From Minisyncoccota bacterium (lineage in GTDB: Bacteria; Patescibacteriota; Minisyncoccia; Phycocordibacterales; PALSA-1337): 34,919 bases of DNA. Of the stretch, positions 1 through 7,480 are shown piece after piece (within the stretch, counting starts at the first letter, position 1; each line of letters begins with the position of its first letter). A model generated the notes under the pieces. The model was not told the DNA's origin. It saw only the letters and a list, made by a program, of their open reading frames with translations, and ran no database searches. Both the position numbers and the translations under genes were made by a program. The stretch spans positions 1 through 34,919 of the forward strand of contig DASVLR010000046.1 of NCBI GenBank assembly GCA_036384775.1, read 5' to 3'.

Positions 1-947
1 GCGGCGCCACCAAGCGCCCGGGCTGCCACCGATACGCCGACCTCGAGATCCTCGGCACTTCCGGCCCCATTGCCGAAGCCACCCTCATTCAGGCCGGTCG
101 CGCCATGCTCGCCGAAGAAGGCTACACGAATACCCGTGTCGAGATAAACTCGGTCGGTGATCGCGATTCCATCGCCCGCTGGCAGCGCGAACTCACGGCG
201 TACTACCGCAAGAACATCAATGACATGACTCCCGAGTGCCGCCAGCTGTTCAAGGAAGATCCGTTTCGCCTGCTCACCTCGCATGATCCCGCGGCAAAGA
301 CCATCAACGAGCGCGCTCCGCGTTCAATGGACTTCCTCACCGAAGAAAGCCGCCGCCACCTCGAAGAAGTTCTCGAGTACCTCGAAGCTCTCGGCGTGCC
401 GTACAGCATCAACAACACCCTCATCGGCAATCGCCTCTACTGCACCGAGACCATTTTCACCATCGTTAATCCGAACGTCTGCGATCCGGACGACAAGAAC
501 TGTGCGCACATCCTCGCCGTCGGCGTCCGCTACAACGGTCTCGCAAAGCGTCTCGGCATGAAAAAAGACATCCAGGGCGTCGGTCTCTCGATCACCATCA
601 AAGGCAACAATGCCGACCTCCGCGAATCTGTGAAGAAGACCAAGCGTCCGCTTGCATCGTTCGTCCAGCTTGGAATCGAGTCCAAGCTCCTTTCGCTCGG
701 CGTGGTCGAACTCCTCCGTCAGGCAAAAATTCCGCTCTATCTCTCTCTTGCAAAGGATCGCCTCGGCGCACAGGTCTCATCGATCGAGCGTTATCACACT
801 CCGTACACCATTGTCATGGGCAAAAAGGAGGCTATGGACAAGAGCGCCATCGTCCGCCATATCGAAACCTATTCTCAGGATACGGTTCCCCTCGACAAGC
901 TCGCCGATTACATGAAGAAGGTTGAGAAGGAGTTTTGGGATAAATAA
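1..947 (+). CDS. hisS: Histidyl-tRNA synthetase-like protein, 5'-truncated by the window edge (C-terminal part of class II core plus anticodon-binding domain)
   Basis: Frame 3 is open from nt 3 (GATKRPGCHRYADLEILG...) into ORF 105..947. The layout DPFRLL(T)SHDP / APRSMDFL / LGVPYSINNTLIGNRLYCTETIF / VGVRYNGL mirrors the HisRS NPLRILDSK / RGLDYY / GGGRYD positions. An HGTP-anticodon-like C-terminal domain follows. Confidence 0.65.
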   Translation, partial: GATKRPGCHRYADLEILGTSGPIAEATLIQAGRAMLAEEGYTNTRVEINSVGDRDSIARWQRELTAYYRKNINDMTPECRQLFKEDPFRLLTSHDPAAKTINERAPRSMDFLTEESRRHLEEVLEYLEALGVPYSINNTLIGNRLYCTETIFTIVNPNVCDPDDKNCAHILAVGVRYNGLAKRLGMKKDIQGVGLSITIKGNNADLRESVKKTKRPLASFVQLGIESKLLSLGVVELLRQAKIPLYLSLAKDRLGAQVSSIERYHTPYTIVMGKKEAMDKSAIVRHIETYSQDTVPLDKLADYMKKVEKEFWDK

Positions 948-1051
948 AGGGGTTCGGTGCAGAGGTCCCGCGAGCACCATCATCGTGTCGTATGCCGAGC
1001 CGGAGGTACCTCCCTCCGGGCAATGCTCGCGGCACCCTGCCCCTCTTTTTT
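946..1051 (-). repeat. Long imperfect hairpin element, copy A (core is the reverse complement of copy B at 6426..6526); also acts as a bidirectional terminator between hisS and the convergent ORF
   Basis: Inner stem CGCGAGCA(969-976)/TGCTCGCG(1024-1031). Outer pairing AGGGG..GGTGC / GCACC..CCCCT. A T-run (1045-1051) lies on the + strand and TTTATTTAT follows on the - strand. The core matches copy B over 20 nt plus a GATGGTGCTC block. Confidence 0.7.
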
Positions 1052-1109
1052 GTGTTGCCCCCTGAAACTAACCTCGAAAGTCTGTCTGATCGGTAACTGA
1101 AGAATTTTC

Positions 1110-2126
1110 CTACTGGAATTGCTCAGGATAGATATCTTTAAAGTAATTGTATTTAGTCTCTTCTACCCACCGAGTCCACTGTACATACTCATCAGCGTAG
1201 TCTGTGATGGCTGCATTCTCCGGGCGTGATTTCCATTCGGCATATGCCGGAGTCTCTTTCCAGGATTCCCAGCTTTCATACAATTCCCTCGTTGCATCAA
1301 AGCCCGAATCGGAATCGTCGTACATACCTCTCATCTCATGAGCCATATATGCTTCCTGAGTCATCCTTTCTTTTGTTGATGTTATATAGCTTTCCAGCGC
1401 ATAATGCTTCAGAAAATTGACTGCGTCATCTTTTAGACCAAGCTTGCGCAGGTGCGTTCTCATTGCTCTGAATGCAAATGCTGATGCGGCACGCTCCCTA
1501 CGTATCTTTTCTATTTTATCCGCGTGCTCATGATCTTTTATCATTCTTTTCACACCCAGATTACGAAGATTCTGATCATCAAAAATATGTCCCGTCTCGT
1601 GCAAGAAAGTCAGCAATGATCTCGGTGTAGCAAGATCGCCTAAAATATAAATTGAATGCCTATTGCCATCGAGGTGATGAACTACAGCCCCATGAAACGC
1701 CTCGAGTGTCGGACAAAAGAACAGTGTGTATTCATCAGGCACTACGGCCTTAAGATCAACTCTCTCACCATTCTCCGTAACACTAATACTGTCTATCTTC
1801 CTCCAGTTATCCGGGCTCGCATAAACCACTCCGGGATCCAACTTTTCTCCGGTGATATACAATTCGAGTTCTTTCCTTTCTTTTTCGTCATTGACCGACG
1901 AATATGAATACTCCAGCATCGCATCTGCAATCTCAATTGTTGCCTGGCCTGAATCTGCATACTCGATATGAGCAAGAGGTTGACTTAACTTAGTTAACGA
2001 TCCTTCAAGTTCTGTCTGATCAATTCCCGATTCAGACGCCCCGAGTCGAGCCCAATATGCTCCTGCGTCTATAAAACGCACATCTTCGGCCTTATTTTCA
2101 GCAGGGTTTTCCATTCCCATCTCCAT
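1110..2126 (-). CDS. Hypothetical protein with HExxH zinc-metallopeptidase-type motif (HETGH)
   Basis: 338-aa ORF. The reverse complement of 1587-1601 reads CAC GAG ACG GGA CAT, giving HETGH within LLTFLHETGHIFDD. The gene is visibly AT-richer than its neighbours. I recognised no family beyond the motif. Confidence 0.6.
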   Translation of the reverse strand: MEMGMENPAENKAEDVRFIDAGAYWARLGASESGIDQTELEGSLTKLSQPLAHIEYADSGQATIEIADAMLEYSYSSVNDEKERKELELYITGEKLDPGVVYASPDNWRKIDSISVTENGERVDLKAVVPDEYTLFFCPTLEAFHGAVVHHLDGNRHSIYILGDLATPRSLLTFLHETGHIFDDQNLRNLGVKRMIKDHEHADKIEKIRRERAASAFAFRAMRTHLRKLGLKDDAVNFLKHYALESYITSTKERMTQEAYMAHEMRGMYDDSDSGFDATRELYESWESWKETPAYAEWKSRPENAAITDYADEYVQWTRWVEETKYNYFKDIYPEQFQ

Positions 2127-2161
2127 ATCAGAAGTATAACAGATCCGAATATGCCCTGTAT

Positions 2162-2190
2162 TTGCGCCCTTTTCAGGGATATGTTACTAT
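2162..2190 (+). promoter_or_regulatory. Promoter of rpsU operon, leaderless-type
   Basis: TTGCGC (2162-2167), 17-nt spacer, TGT-TACTAT (-10 at 2185-2190), then 7 nt to the ATG at 2198. Confidence 0.55.
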
Positions 2191-2197
2191 CTCACGC

Positions 2198-2449
2198 ATG
2201 ATAAACGTCGAAATTACCCGCAATGCCAACGAGAACGCCCTCGGTGTTTTGCGCCGTTTCAGCCGCAAAGTACAGTCGTCAGGCGTTATTCCTCGCAAGC
2301 GCAGCCTTCGTTACGCGGACCGCGTAAAGTCGCACTTCAAGATCAAGGCAAAGACCCTCAAGACTTTGAAGTATCGCGCAGAGCAGGCAGAACTCGTGAA
2401 GCTTGGCAAGGCACCGGCAGAGCCAGTACGTGGCGGCCGCAGGGGCTAA
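2198..2449 (+). CDS. rpsU: 30S ribosomal protein S21
   Basis: MINVEITRNANENALGVLRRFSRKVQSSGVIPRKR... matches the S21 pattern (ALRRF.R...G). The ATG at 2198 was chosen over the TTG at 2162 because the promoter occupies 2162-2190. Confidence 0.8.
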   Translation: MINVEITRNANENALGVLRRFSRKVQSSGVIPRKRSLRYADRVKSHFKIKAKTLKTLKYRAEQAELVKLGKAPAEPVRGGRRG

Positions 2450-2829
2450 TGGCTGAGGTTACCCTCACAAACGAAACTCGCGCGAAGATGCCTCGCGCGA
2501 TTTTTCGTGCCATAGCAGAGCATGCGCTTCCGGCCGACTACAAACTCAATGTCGTCTATACCAACGCGGCCACGATGAAAAAATACAACCGGATGTACCG
2601 CGATCTCAATAAGCCTACCGACATCCTGAGCTTCCCCCTCTCGAGAAATCAGGGCGAGATCTACATCTGTCCTGCCGAAGCGCGCCGCGAGGCGCCGAAG
2701 TTTGACCGCGAGTACTCGAATTTCGTTAAATTCCTCTTTATCCACGGCTGTGTCCATTTGAAAGGATACGATCATGGGGTTACAATGGAAAACATTGAGA
2801 CGGACATCCGTCGCAAGTTCAAAATTTAA
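2449..2829 (+). CDS. ybeY: rRNA maturation endoribonuclease YbeY
   Basis: FIHGCVHLKGYDH matches the YbeY H-x3-H-x5-H zinc motif. Its start overlaps the rpsU stop (TAATG). Confidence 0.85.
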   Translation: MAEVTLTNETRAKMPRAIFRAIAEHALPADYKLNVVYTNAATMKKYNRMYRDLNKPTDILSFPLSRNQGEIYICPAEARREAPKFDREYSNFVKFLFIHGCVHLKGYDHGVTMENIETDIRRKFKI

Positions 2830-2837
2830 CTCCACGA

Positions 2838-4022
2838 ATGGCGAGAAGTATCATCACAGGCATCGACGTCGGCACGAATTTCGTGAAGGTCGTTATTGCT
2901 GACGCGCGCGAGCGCACCGACAAGGGTCTGCCCAAAGTTATCGGCGCCGGCATGGCAGAGTCCCGCGGTCTCCGTCACGGCTATGTCACTAACGTCCACG
3001 ATGTTGCGGATAGCATTCGCAGGGCCGTCGGCGTCGCCGAAGAAAAGGCCGGCATAAAAGTCAAAAAGGCCTTTGTTGCCGTTGGCGGTATTGGTCTGAC
3101 TTCCACCATAGTCACCACCTCGGTGGTTACGTCGCGTGCCGACGCGGAAATCACCGGCATCGACATCGACAAACTCGAGGAACAGTCGGAAAAGGACATC
3201 CCCCGCGCCGCTATCGCAAATCGCCGTATCATATATTCCATTCCGCTCGAATTCAAAATCGACGGCGAGCCGATGCTCGGCCGCGACCCGATCGGCCTCA
3301 CCGGCAACAAAATCGAAAAGAAGACCCTGTTCATCACATGCCTGGAGCATCATGTCTCCGATCTCATTGCAGCTGTGAACGAATCCGGCATCGAGGTCGA
3401 GGACATCATGGCTTCCCCGATCGCAGCGGGGATGGTGACGCTCAACAAGACCCAGAAGATCGCCGGCTGCGTACTCGCCAACATCGGCGCAGAGACGGTC
3501 TCGGTTGCCGTCTTCGAAAACAACATTCCGAGTTCGCTCGAAGTCTTCCCGATCGGTTCGACCGATATCACCAACGACATTGCGCTTGGCTTGCGTGTTC
3601 CGCTTGAAGAGGCCGAGCAGATCAAGATCGGCGCCATCACCGGCAGCTCGTTCCCGCGAAAAAAGCTCGAGGAGATCATCAGCGCCCGGCTCTCGGACAT
3701 TTTTGAACTCATCGAAGCACATCTCCGCAAAATCGGCCGCAACGGCCTCCTGCCGGCAGGTATCATCATCACGGGCGGCGGTTCAGGTCTCAATTCGCTC
3801 GACATCCTCGCCAAGGCGGCACTCAAGCTCCCTTCAAAGATCGGTTCTATCGGCTCCGTCGACGGCAAATCATCATTCAAGGACGCAACCTGGGCCGTCG
3901 CGTACGGTCTCTGTCTCTGGGGTATACATGCGGAAGAAGGTCCGGAGATCGACACGTCCGTCGAGTTCATGAAAAACAGCTGGCGTGCGATGTCCCGCTG
4001 GTTCAAGCAGTTTTTGCCGTAA
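2838..4022 (+). CDS. ftsA: Cell division protein FtsA
   Basis: Actin-like ATPase motifs GIDVGTNFVKVVI and IIITGGGSGL; 394 aa, located upstream of ftsZ. Confidence 0.9.
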   Translation: MARSIITGIDVGTNFVKVVIADARERTDKGLPKVIGAGMAESRGLRHGYVTNVHDVADSIRRAVGVAEEKAGIKVKKAFVAVGGIGLTSTIVTTSVVTSRADAEITGIDIDKLEEQSEKDIPRAAIANRRIIYSIPLEFKIDGEPMLGRDPIGLTGNKIEKKTLFITCLEHHVSDLIAAVNESGIEVEDIMASPIAAGMVTLNKTQKIAGCVLANIGAETVSVAVFENNIPSSLEVFPIGSTDITNDIALGLRVPLEEAEQIKIGAITGSSFPRKKLEEIISARLSDIFELIEAHLRKIGRNGLLPAGIIITGGGSGLNSLDILAKAALKLPSKIGSIGSVDGKSSFKDATWAVAYGLCLWGIHAEEGPEIDTSVEFMKNSWRAMSRWFKQFLP

Positions 4023-4589
4023 ATGATATTCCCCGGACATATTGCAGGCGGATACCTTGTGACAAAACTCGTCATAGCCGTCGCTTCCGCGCACAGACTC
4101 GCAGTTCCTGCCGATCAGGCGTCGACACTCATCGCGACCGGCATCATCGCCGGCTATCTGCCCGACATTGATATGGTGTTCTATCTGCTTCGCTCACGAT
4201 TCTCAACCGTACCGCCGAAAAACCAGAGCCATCGAAACTACATAACTCACGCTCCGCTATTTTGGTTCGCGATTTCTTTCTTTGTCCTTGGTGTCGGATG
4301 GATCGGTTCATCCGCATTTACAACGCTGCTTGGCTGGATCCTGTTTGCCGGCACCGGGTCTCATTTCCTCTTTGATTCGATCGAGTACGGCATCATGTGG
4401 CTGTGGCCGTTCTCTACCAGGCGTTTTGCATTCAGGAAATATCTCTATCAGCCGGAAATAATCGCGCCCACGGGCACGATCGCACACTATCTTGAGGAGT
4501 TCACGAAGGTCTGGAACAAGCGCGTAACATTTGTACTTGAAGTGCTTGTCGTAATTGCGGCGCTACTCGTCTTTTTCCATTCGAATTAG
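4023..4589 (+). CDS. Membrane-bound metal-dependent hydrolase-like protein (DUF457/YdjM-like), tentative
   Basis: Polytopic membrane ORF with MIFPGHIAGGY..., LPDIDM, ITHAPLFW and GSHFLFDS His/Asp motifs. Its start abuts the ftsA stop (TAAATG). Confidence 0.5.
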   Translation: MIFPGHIAGGYLVTKLVIAVASAHRLAVPADQASTLIATGIIAGYLPDIDMVFYLLRSRFSTVPPKNQSHRNYITHAPLFWFAISFFVLGVGWIGSSAFTTLLGWILFAGTGSHFLFDSIEYGIMWLWPFSTRRFAFRKYLYQPEIIAPTGTIAHYLEEFTKVWNKRVTFVLEVLVVIAALLVFFHSN

Positions 4590-4960
4590 CGAGCGACCAA
4601 CCAGACGGCGAGAGCGCCTCCGAGCATATCGTCGATGAGATCCTTTATCGTATCGGTGTAGTACGCCTTCGTGCCGACCGGCGCTCCGGCAATACCGAAG
4701 TATGCTTCGAACAATTCCCATACAAGGCCGACTACAAGCACACCCCACAACACCAGGCGGCGCGAGCGGGCCGTATGAAAATAGTCGGGTTTATATGAAA
4801 TGAGAAGCGCGTGGAGCAACATGGCAATGCCCAATCCGCCGCCAAAGTGGAGGTATACGTCATAGAACGGAACCTGAAATGAGATGTTATATTCCTGACC
4901 GACAAAATTGCCGACAGCCACCGCAAACAGCACGGCAAATGCACTGAAATAGGTTTTCAT
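4586..4960 (-). CDS. Hypothetical small integral membrane protein
   Basis: The ORF track gives 4586..5017. The ATG at 4960 (MKTYFSAFAV...) lies 7 nt downstream of a TGCTATAAT extended -10, so I chose it as the start. Four hydrophobic segments. Its stop overlaps the stop of the convergent gene (TTAG). Confidence 0.55.
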   Translation of the reverse strand: MKTYFSAFAVLFAVAVGNFVGQEYNISFQVPFYDVYLHFGGGLGIAMLLHALLISYKPDYFHTARSRRLVLWGVLVVGLVWELFEAYFGIAGAPVGTKAYYTDTIKDLIDDMLGGALAVWLVAR

Positions 4961-4967
4961 GCGCCCC

Positions 4968-4976
4968 ATTATAGCA
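4968..4976 (-). promoter_or_regulatory. Extended -10 promoter (TGCTATAAT), leaderless-type, for the 4586..4960 gene
   Basis: The reverse complement of 4968-4976 is TGCTATAAT, with 7 nt to the ATG at 4960. Confidence 0.55.
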
Positions 4977-5011
4977 TTGTTACGCCCCTTATTATCGGCT
5001 TTGTAAATATA

Positions 5012-5039
5012 TTGCATTTCATTCGCGGCCTGATATGAT
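5012..5039 (+). promoter_or_regulatory. Putative ftsZ promoter
   Basis: TTGCAT (5012-5017), 16-nt spacer, TGA-TATGAT (-10 at 5034-5039). This implies a ~50-nt leader to the ATG at 5097. Confidence 0.5.
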
Positions 5040-5096
5040 TGAGCCCTATCAACAGCCGATTCTGAACGCCCACATCCCTCTAATCCTCACTCAACC

Positions 5097-6416
5097 ATGC
5101 CGAATATCACGCCTGAAGTCGAAGCATTTGCACGCATCAAAGTCCTCGGAGTAGGCGGTTCCGGCGGCAACGCAGTAAATCACATGATCAACTGCAAGGT
5201 CAGGGGCGTTGACTTCATCGCGATCAATACGGATGCACAGGATCTGCATCGTTCTCTCACCAAGAAGCGCGTTCACATCGGCAAGAACATCACCCGCGGT
5301 CTCGGTACCGGCATGAACCCGGATCTCGGCAAACGCGCGGCAGAAGAAACCCGTGACGAAATCCAGGAGGTCGTGAAAGGTGCGGACATGGTCTTCATCA
5401 CCTGCGGTCTCGGCGGCGGTACCGGCAGCTCCGGTTCTCCGATCATCGCTCGCATCGCCAAGGAGCTCGGCTGTCTCACGGTCGCGGTCGTCACCAAGCC
5501 GTTCTTCTTCGAAGGTCGTCAGCGTTCCAAGATCGCCGAGGCCGCTCTCGAAGAGCTCCGCAAGGAAGTCGACGCCATCATTGTCATTCCGAACGATCGC
5601 CTTCTCGCAAACATCGACAAGTCGACCTCGGTGAAGACTGCGTTCGCAATGTGTGATGACATCCTCCGTCACGCGGTCGAGGGCATCTCTGACCTCATCA
5701 CCACTCCTGGTCTCATCAATATCGACTTCGCCGACGTCCGCACCGTCATGGAGAACTCCGGCTCAGCCCTCATGGGTATCGGTACTGCTATCGGCGAAAA
5801 CCGCGCTACCGATGCCGCGCGCGCCGCGATCAACTCCCCGCTCCTCGACGTTTCCATTACCGGCGCCAAGGGCGTGCTCTTCTCGATTGCCGGCGGCGAG
5901 GACCTCACCATGTTCGAGATCCAGGATGCCGCAAAGGTCATTACCGAGTCTATCGATCCGGACGCAAAGATCATCTTCGGTACGGTCAAGAACGACAAAC
6001 TCAAGAAGAACGAAATCAAGATCACCGTTATCGCTACCGGCTTCCCGGAGGGTCATCCTGCGAACATCGCTTCGCGTCCGACCACCATCCCGAGTGCCGA
6101 ACCCTCTATTGCAGCCATTATGAAGGGTGCAGCGGAGCGCGGCGAGCGTCCGGAGCGTGGTACAGACCGCACCATTCCGCCCAGCGCGCTCTCGACCGCA
6201 GAAAAGGCCCCTTCCGCCGACGAGCTGCCGCCGCGCCGCAAAATTTTTAATTCGCTTTCAGGTTCAGGCGACAAACGCGATCAGCAATCCGCGCCATCGG
6301 CAAAACCGGCGATCACTCAAGTGACCGATATGAAGAAAGACGCCAAGCCGGCCGTCGACGATGACGACGATTGGGGTGCCGTTCCGGCCTTCCTCAGGCG
6401 CTCGAAGTTGAAATAG
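5097..6416 (+). CDS. ftsZ: Cell division GTPase FtsZ
   Basis: GVGGSGGNAVNHMI and the GLGGGTGSSGSP tubulin signature. A long disordered Pro/Ser/Ala linker precedes the C-terminal peptide DDDDWGAVPAFLRR. Confidence 0.95.
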   Translation: MPNITPEVEAFARIKVLGVGGSGGNAVNHMINCKVRGVDFIAINTDAQDLHRSLTKKRVHIGKNITRGLGTGMNPDLGKRAAEETRDEIQEVVKGADMVFITCGLGGGTGSSGSPIIARIAKELGCLTVAVVTKPFFFEGRQRSKIAEAALEELRKEVDAIIVIPNDRLLANIDKSTSVKTAFAMCDDILRHAVEGISDLITTPGLINIDFADVRTVMENSGSALMGIGTAIGENRATDAARAAINSPLLDVSITGAKGVLFSIAGGEDLTMFEIQDAAKVITESIDPDAKIIFGTVKNDKLKKNEIKITVIATGFPEGHPANIASRPTTIPSAEPSIAAIMKGAAERGERPERGTDRTIPPSALSTAEKAPSADELPPRRKIFNSLSGSGDKRDQQSAPSAKPAITQVTDMKKDAKPAVDDDDDWGAVPAFLRRSKLK

Positions 6417-6425
6417 AGCATCGGA

Positions 6426-6526
6426 GCACCAGAAGTAGTGGCTGCGTGAGCATTGCCCGGAGGGAGATACCTTAGAGCATGAATACCGCTGTACTGATGG
6501 TGCTCACCAGCCACTGCTTCTGGTGC
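6426..6526 (+). repeat. Long hairpin element, copy B (possible structured RNA or REP-like repeat)
   Basis: A 19-nt outer stem, 6426-6444 / 6508-6526 (one G-U pair), is continuous with the inner stem GTGAGCA (6446-6452) / TGCTCAC (6501-6507). The 48-nt interior begins TTGCCCGGAGGGAGATACCT and ends GATGG. It is near-identical to the reverse complement of copy A. Confidence 0.7.
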
Positions 6527-6532
6527 CCGACA

Positions 6533-6541
6533 TGCTATAAT
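6533..6541 (+). promoter_or_regulatory. Extended -10 promoter (TGCTATAAT), leaderless-type, for trxB
   Basis: TGC at 6533-6535 and TATAAT at 6536-6541, with 8 nt to the ATG at 6550. Confidence 0.55.
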
Positions 6542-6549
6542 TTGAAACT

Positions 6550-7476
6550 ATGATTTACGATCTCGCAATTCTCGGTGGCGGTCCTGCAGGTGTAGCCGCA
6601 GGCGTCTATGCAGCCCGCAAGCGTCTCAAGACCGTATTTATAACCAAAGACTGGAACGGACAATCCACCGTCTCTGAAGGCATCGAAAACTGGATCGGCG
6701 AGATCAAGATTCCGGGTATTGAGCTCTCACAGAAACTTGAGAAGCATCTCAAGGCATACGCTCCGGGCATTATCGATATCAAAGAGGGTGTCTCTGTTTC
6801 CGGCCTCGCCAAGAATGGCAAGAATTTTATCGTCACCACCAGCACCGGTGAATCTTTTGAGACGAAGACCGTTCTCATCACAACCGGCTCCGGACGCCGC
6901 AAGCTCGATGTTCCGGGCGCAGAAGAATACGACAACAAAGGCCTTACCTATTGTGCGACCTGCGACGGCCCTCTCTATGCAGATCAGGATGTCGTCGTCA
7001 TCGGAGGTGGCAATGCAGCATTTGAATCAGCAGCCCAGCTTCTCGCATATTGTAAGAGCGTTACCCTGCTCGTTCGCGGTGAGATTCGCGCCGACGAAGT
7101 CACCGTCGATCGTGTTCTCAAAAACCCAAAGATGAAGGCTGTTCTCGGCGCAGTCCCGAAGAAAGTCTACGGCGAGAAGTTCGTCACCGGCATGACCTAC
7201 ACAGATACCAAGGCCGGCGGCACCGAAGTCGACCTCAAAGTTACCGGCATTTTCGTCGAGATCGGCTCGATTCCGAACACGTCATACGCCAAGGACATCA
7301 TCAAGCTCGACGCCTACAATCGCATACCGGTCGACGCGCGCACCCAGCGCACGCCAGTCGAAGGCATCTGGGCAGCCGGAGACTGCACTGACGGCCTCTA
7401 TCACCAGAACAACATTGCTGCAGGAGATGCCGTGAAGGCCATCGAAGACCTCTATCTCTACGTTCACAAGCAGTAA
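6550..7476 (+). CDS. trxB: Thioredoxin-disulfide reductase
   Basis: GGGPAG FAD motif, CATCDG redox-active disulfide and the GGGNAAFE NADPH motif; 308 aa. Confidence 0.9.
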   Translation: MIYDLAILGGGPAGVAAGVYAARKRLKTVFITKDWNGQSTVSEGIENWIGEIKIPGIELSQKLEKHLKAYAPGIIDIKEGVSVSGLAKNGKNFIVTTSTGESFETKTVLITTGSGRRKLDVPGAEEYDNKGLTYCATCDGPLYADQDVVVIGGGNAAFESAAQLLAYCKSVTLLVRGEIRADEVTVDRVLKNPKMKAVLGAVPKKVYGEKFVTGMTYTDTKAGGTEVDLKVTGIFVEIGSIPNTSYAKDIIKLDAYNRIPVDARTQRTPVEGIWAAGDCTDGLYHQNNIAAGDAVKAIEDLYLYVHKQ

Positions 7477-7480
7477 CCTC

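Noticed and set aside
2826-4075. Long antisense ORFs opposite ftsA (2826..3722, 2981..3337, 3350..4075) and overlapping + frame ORFs
   Set aside because: They lie entirely within the confidently identified ftsA gene and have Arg/Ala/Gly/Ser-rich shadow-frame composition with no recognisable motifs. They are typical frame shadows of a GC-biased gene.
5091-6274. Antisense and off-frame ORFs across ftsZ (5091..5672, 5669..6025, 5653..6123, etc.)
   Set aside because: Same reasoning. ftsZ is unambiguous and these are shadow ORFs.
6426-6526. Element B as the small SRP (4.5S) RNA, since it is a ~100-nt hairpin with CCGGAGGGAG reminiscent of CCGGAAGGAAGCAGC
   Set aside because: The conserved AGCA / GGAA-tetraloop domain IV arrangement is not present. 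A second copy exists 5.5 kb away in the opposite orientation, which is not expected for ffs.
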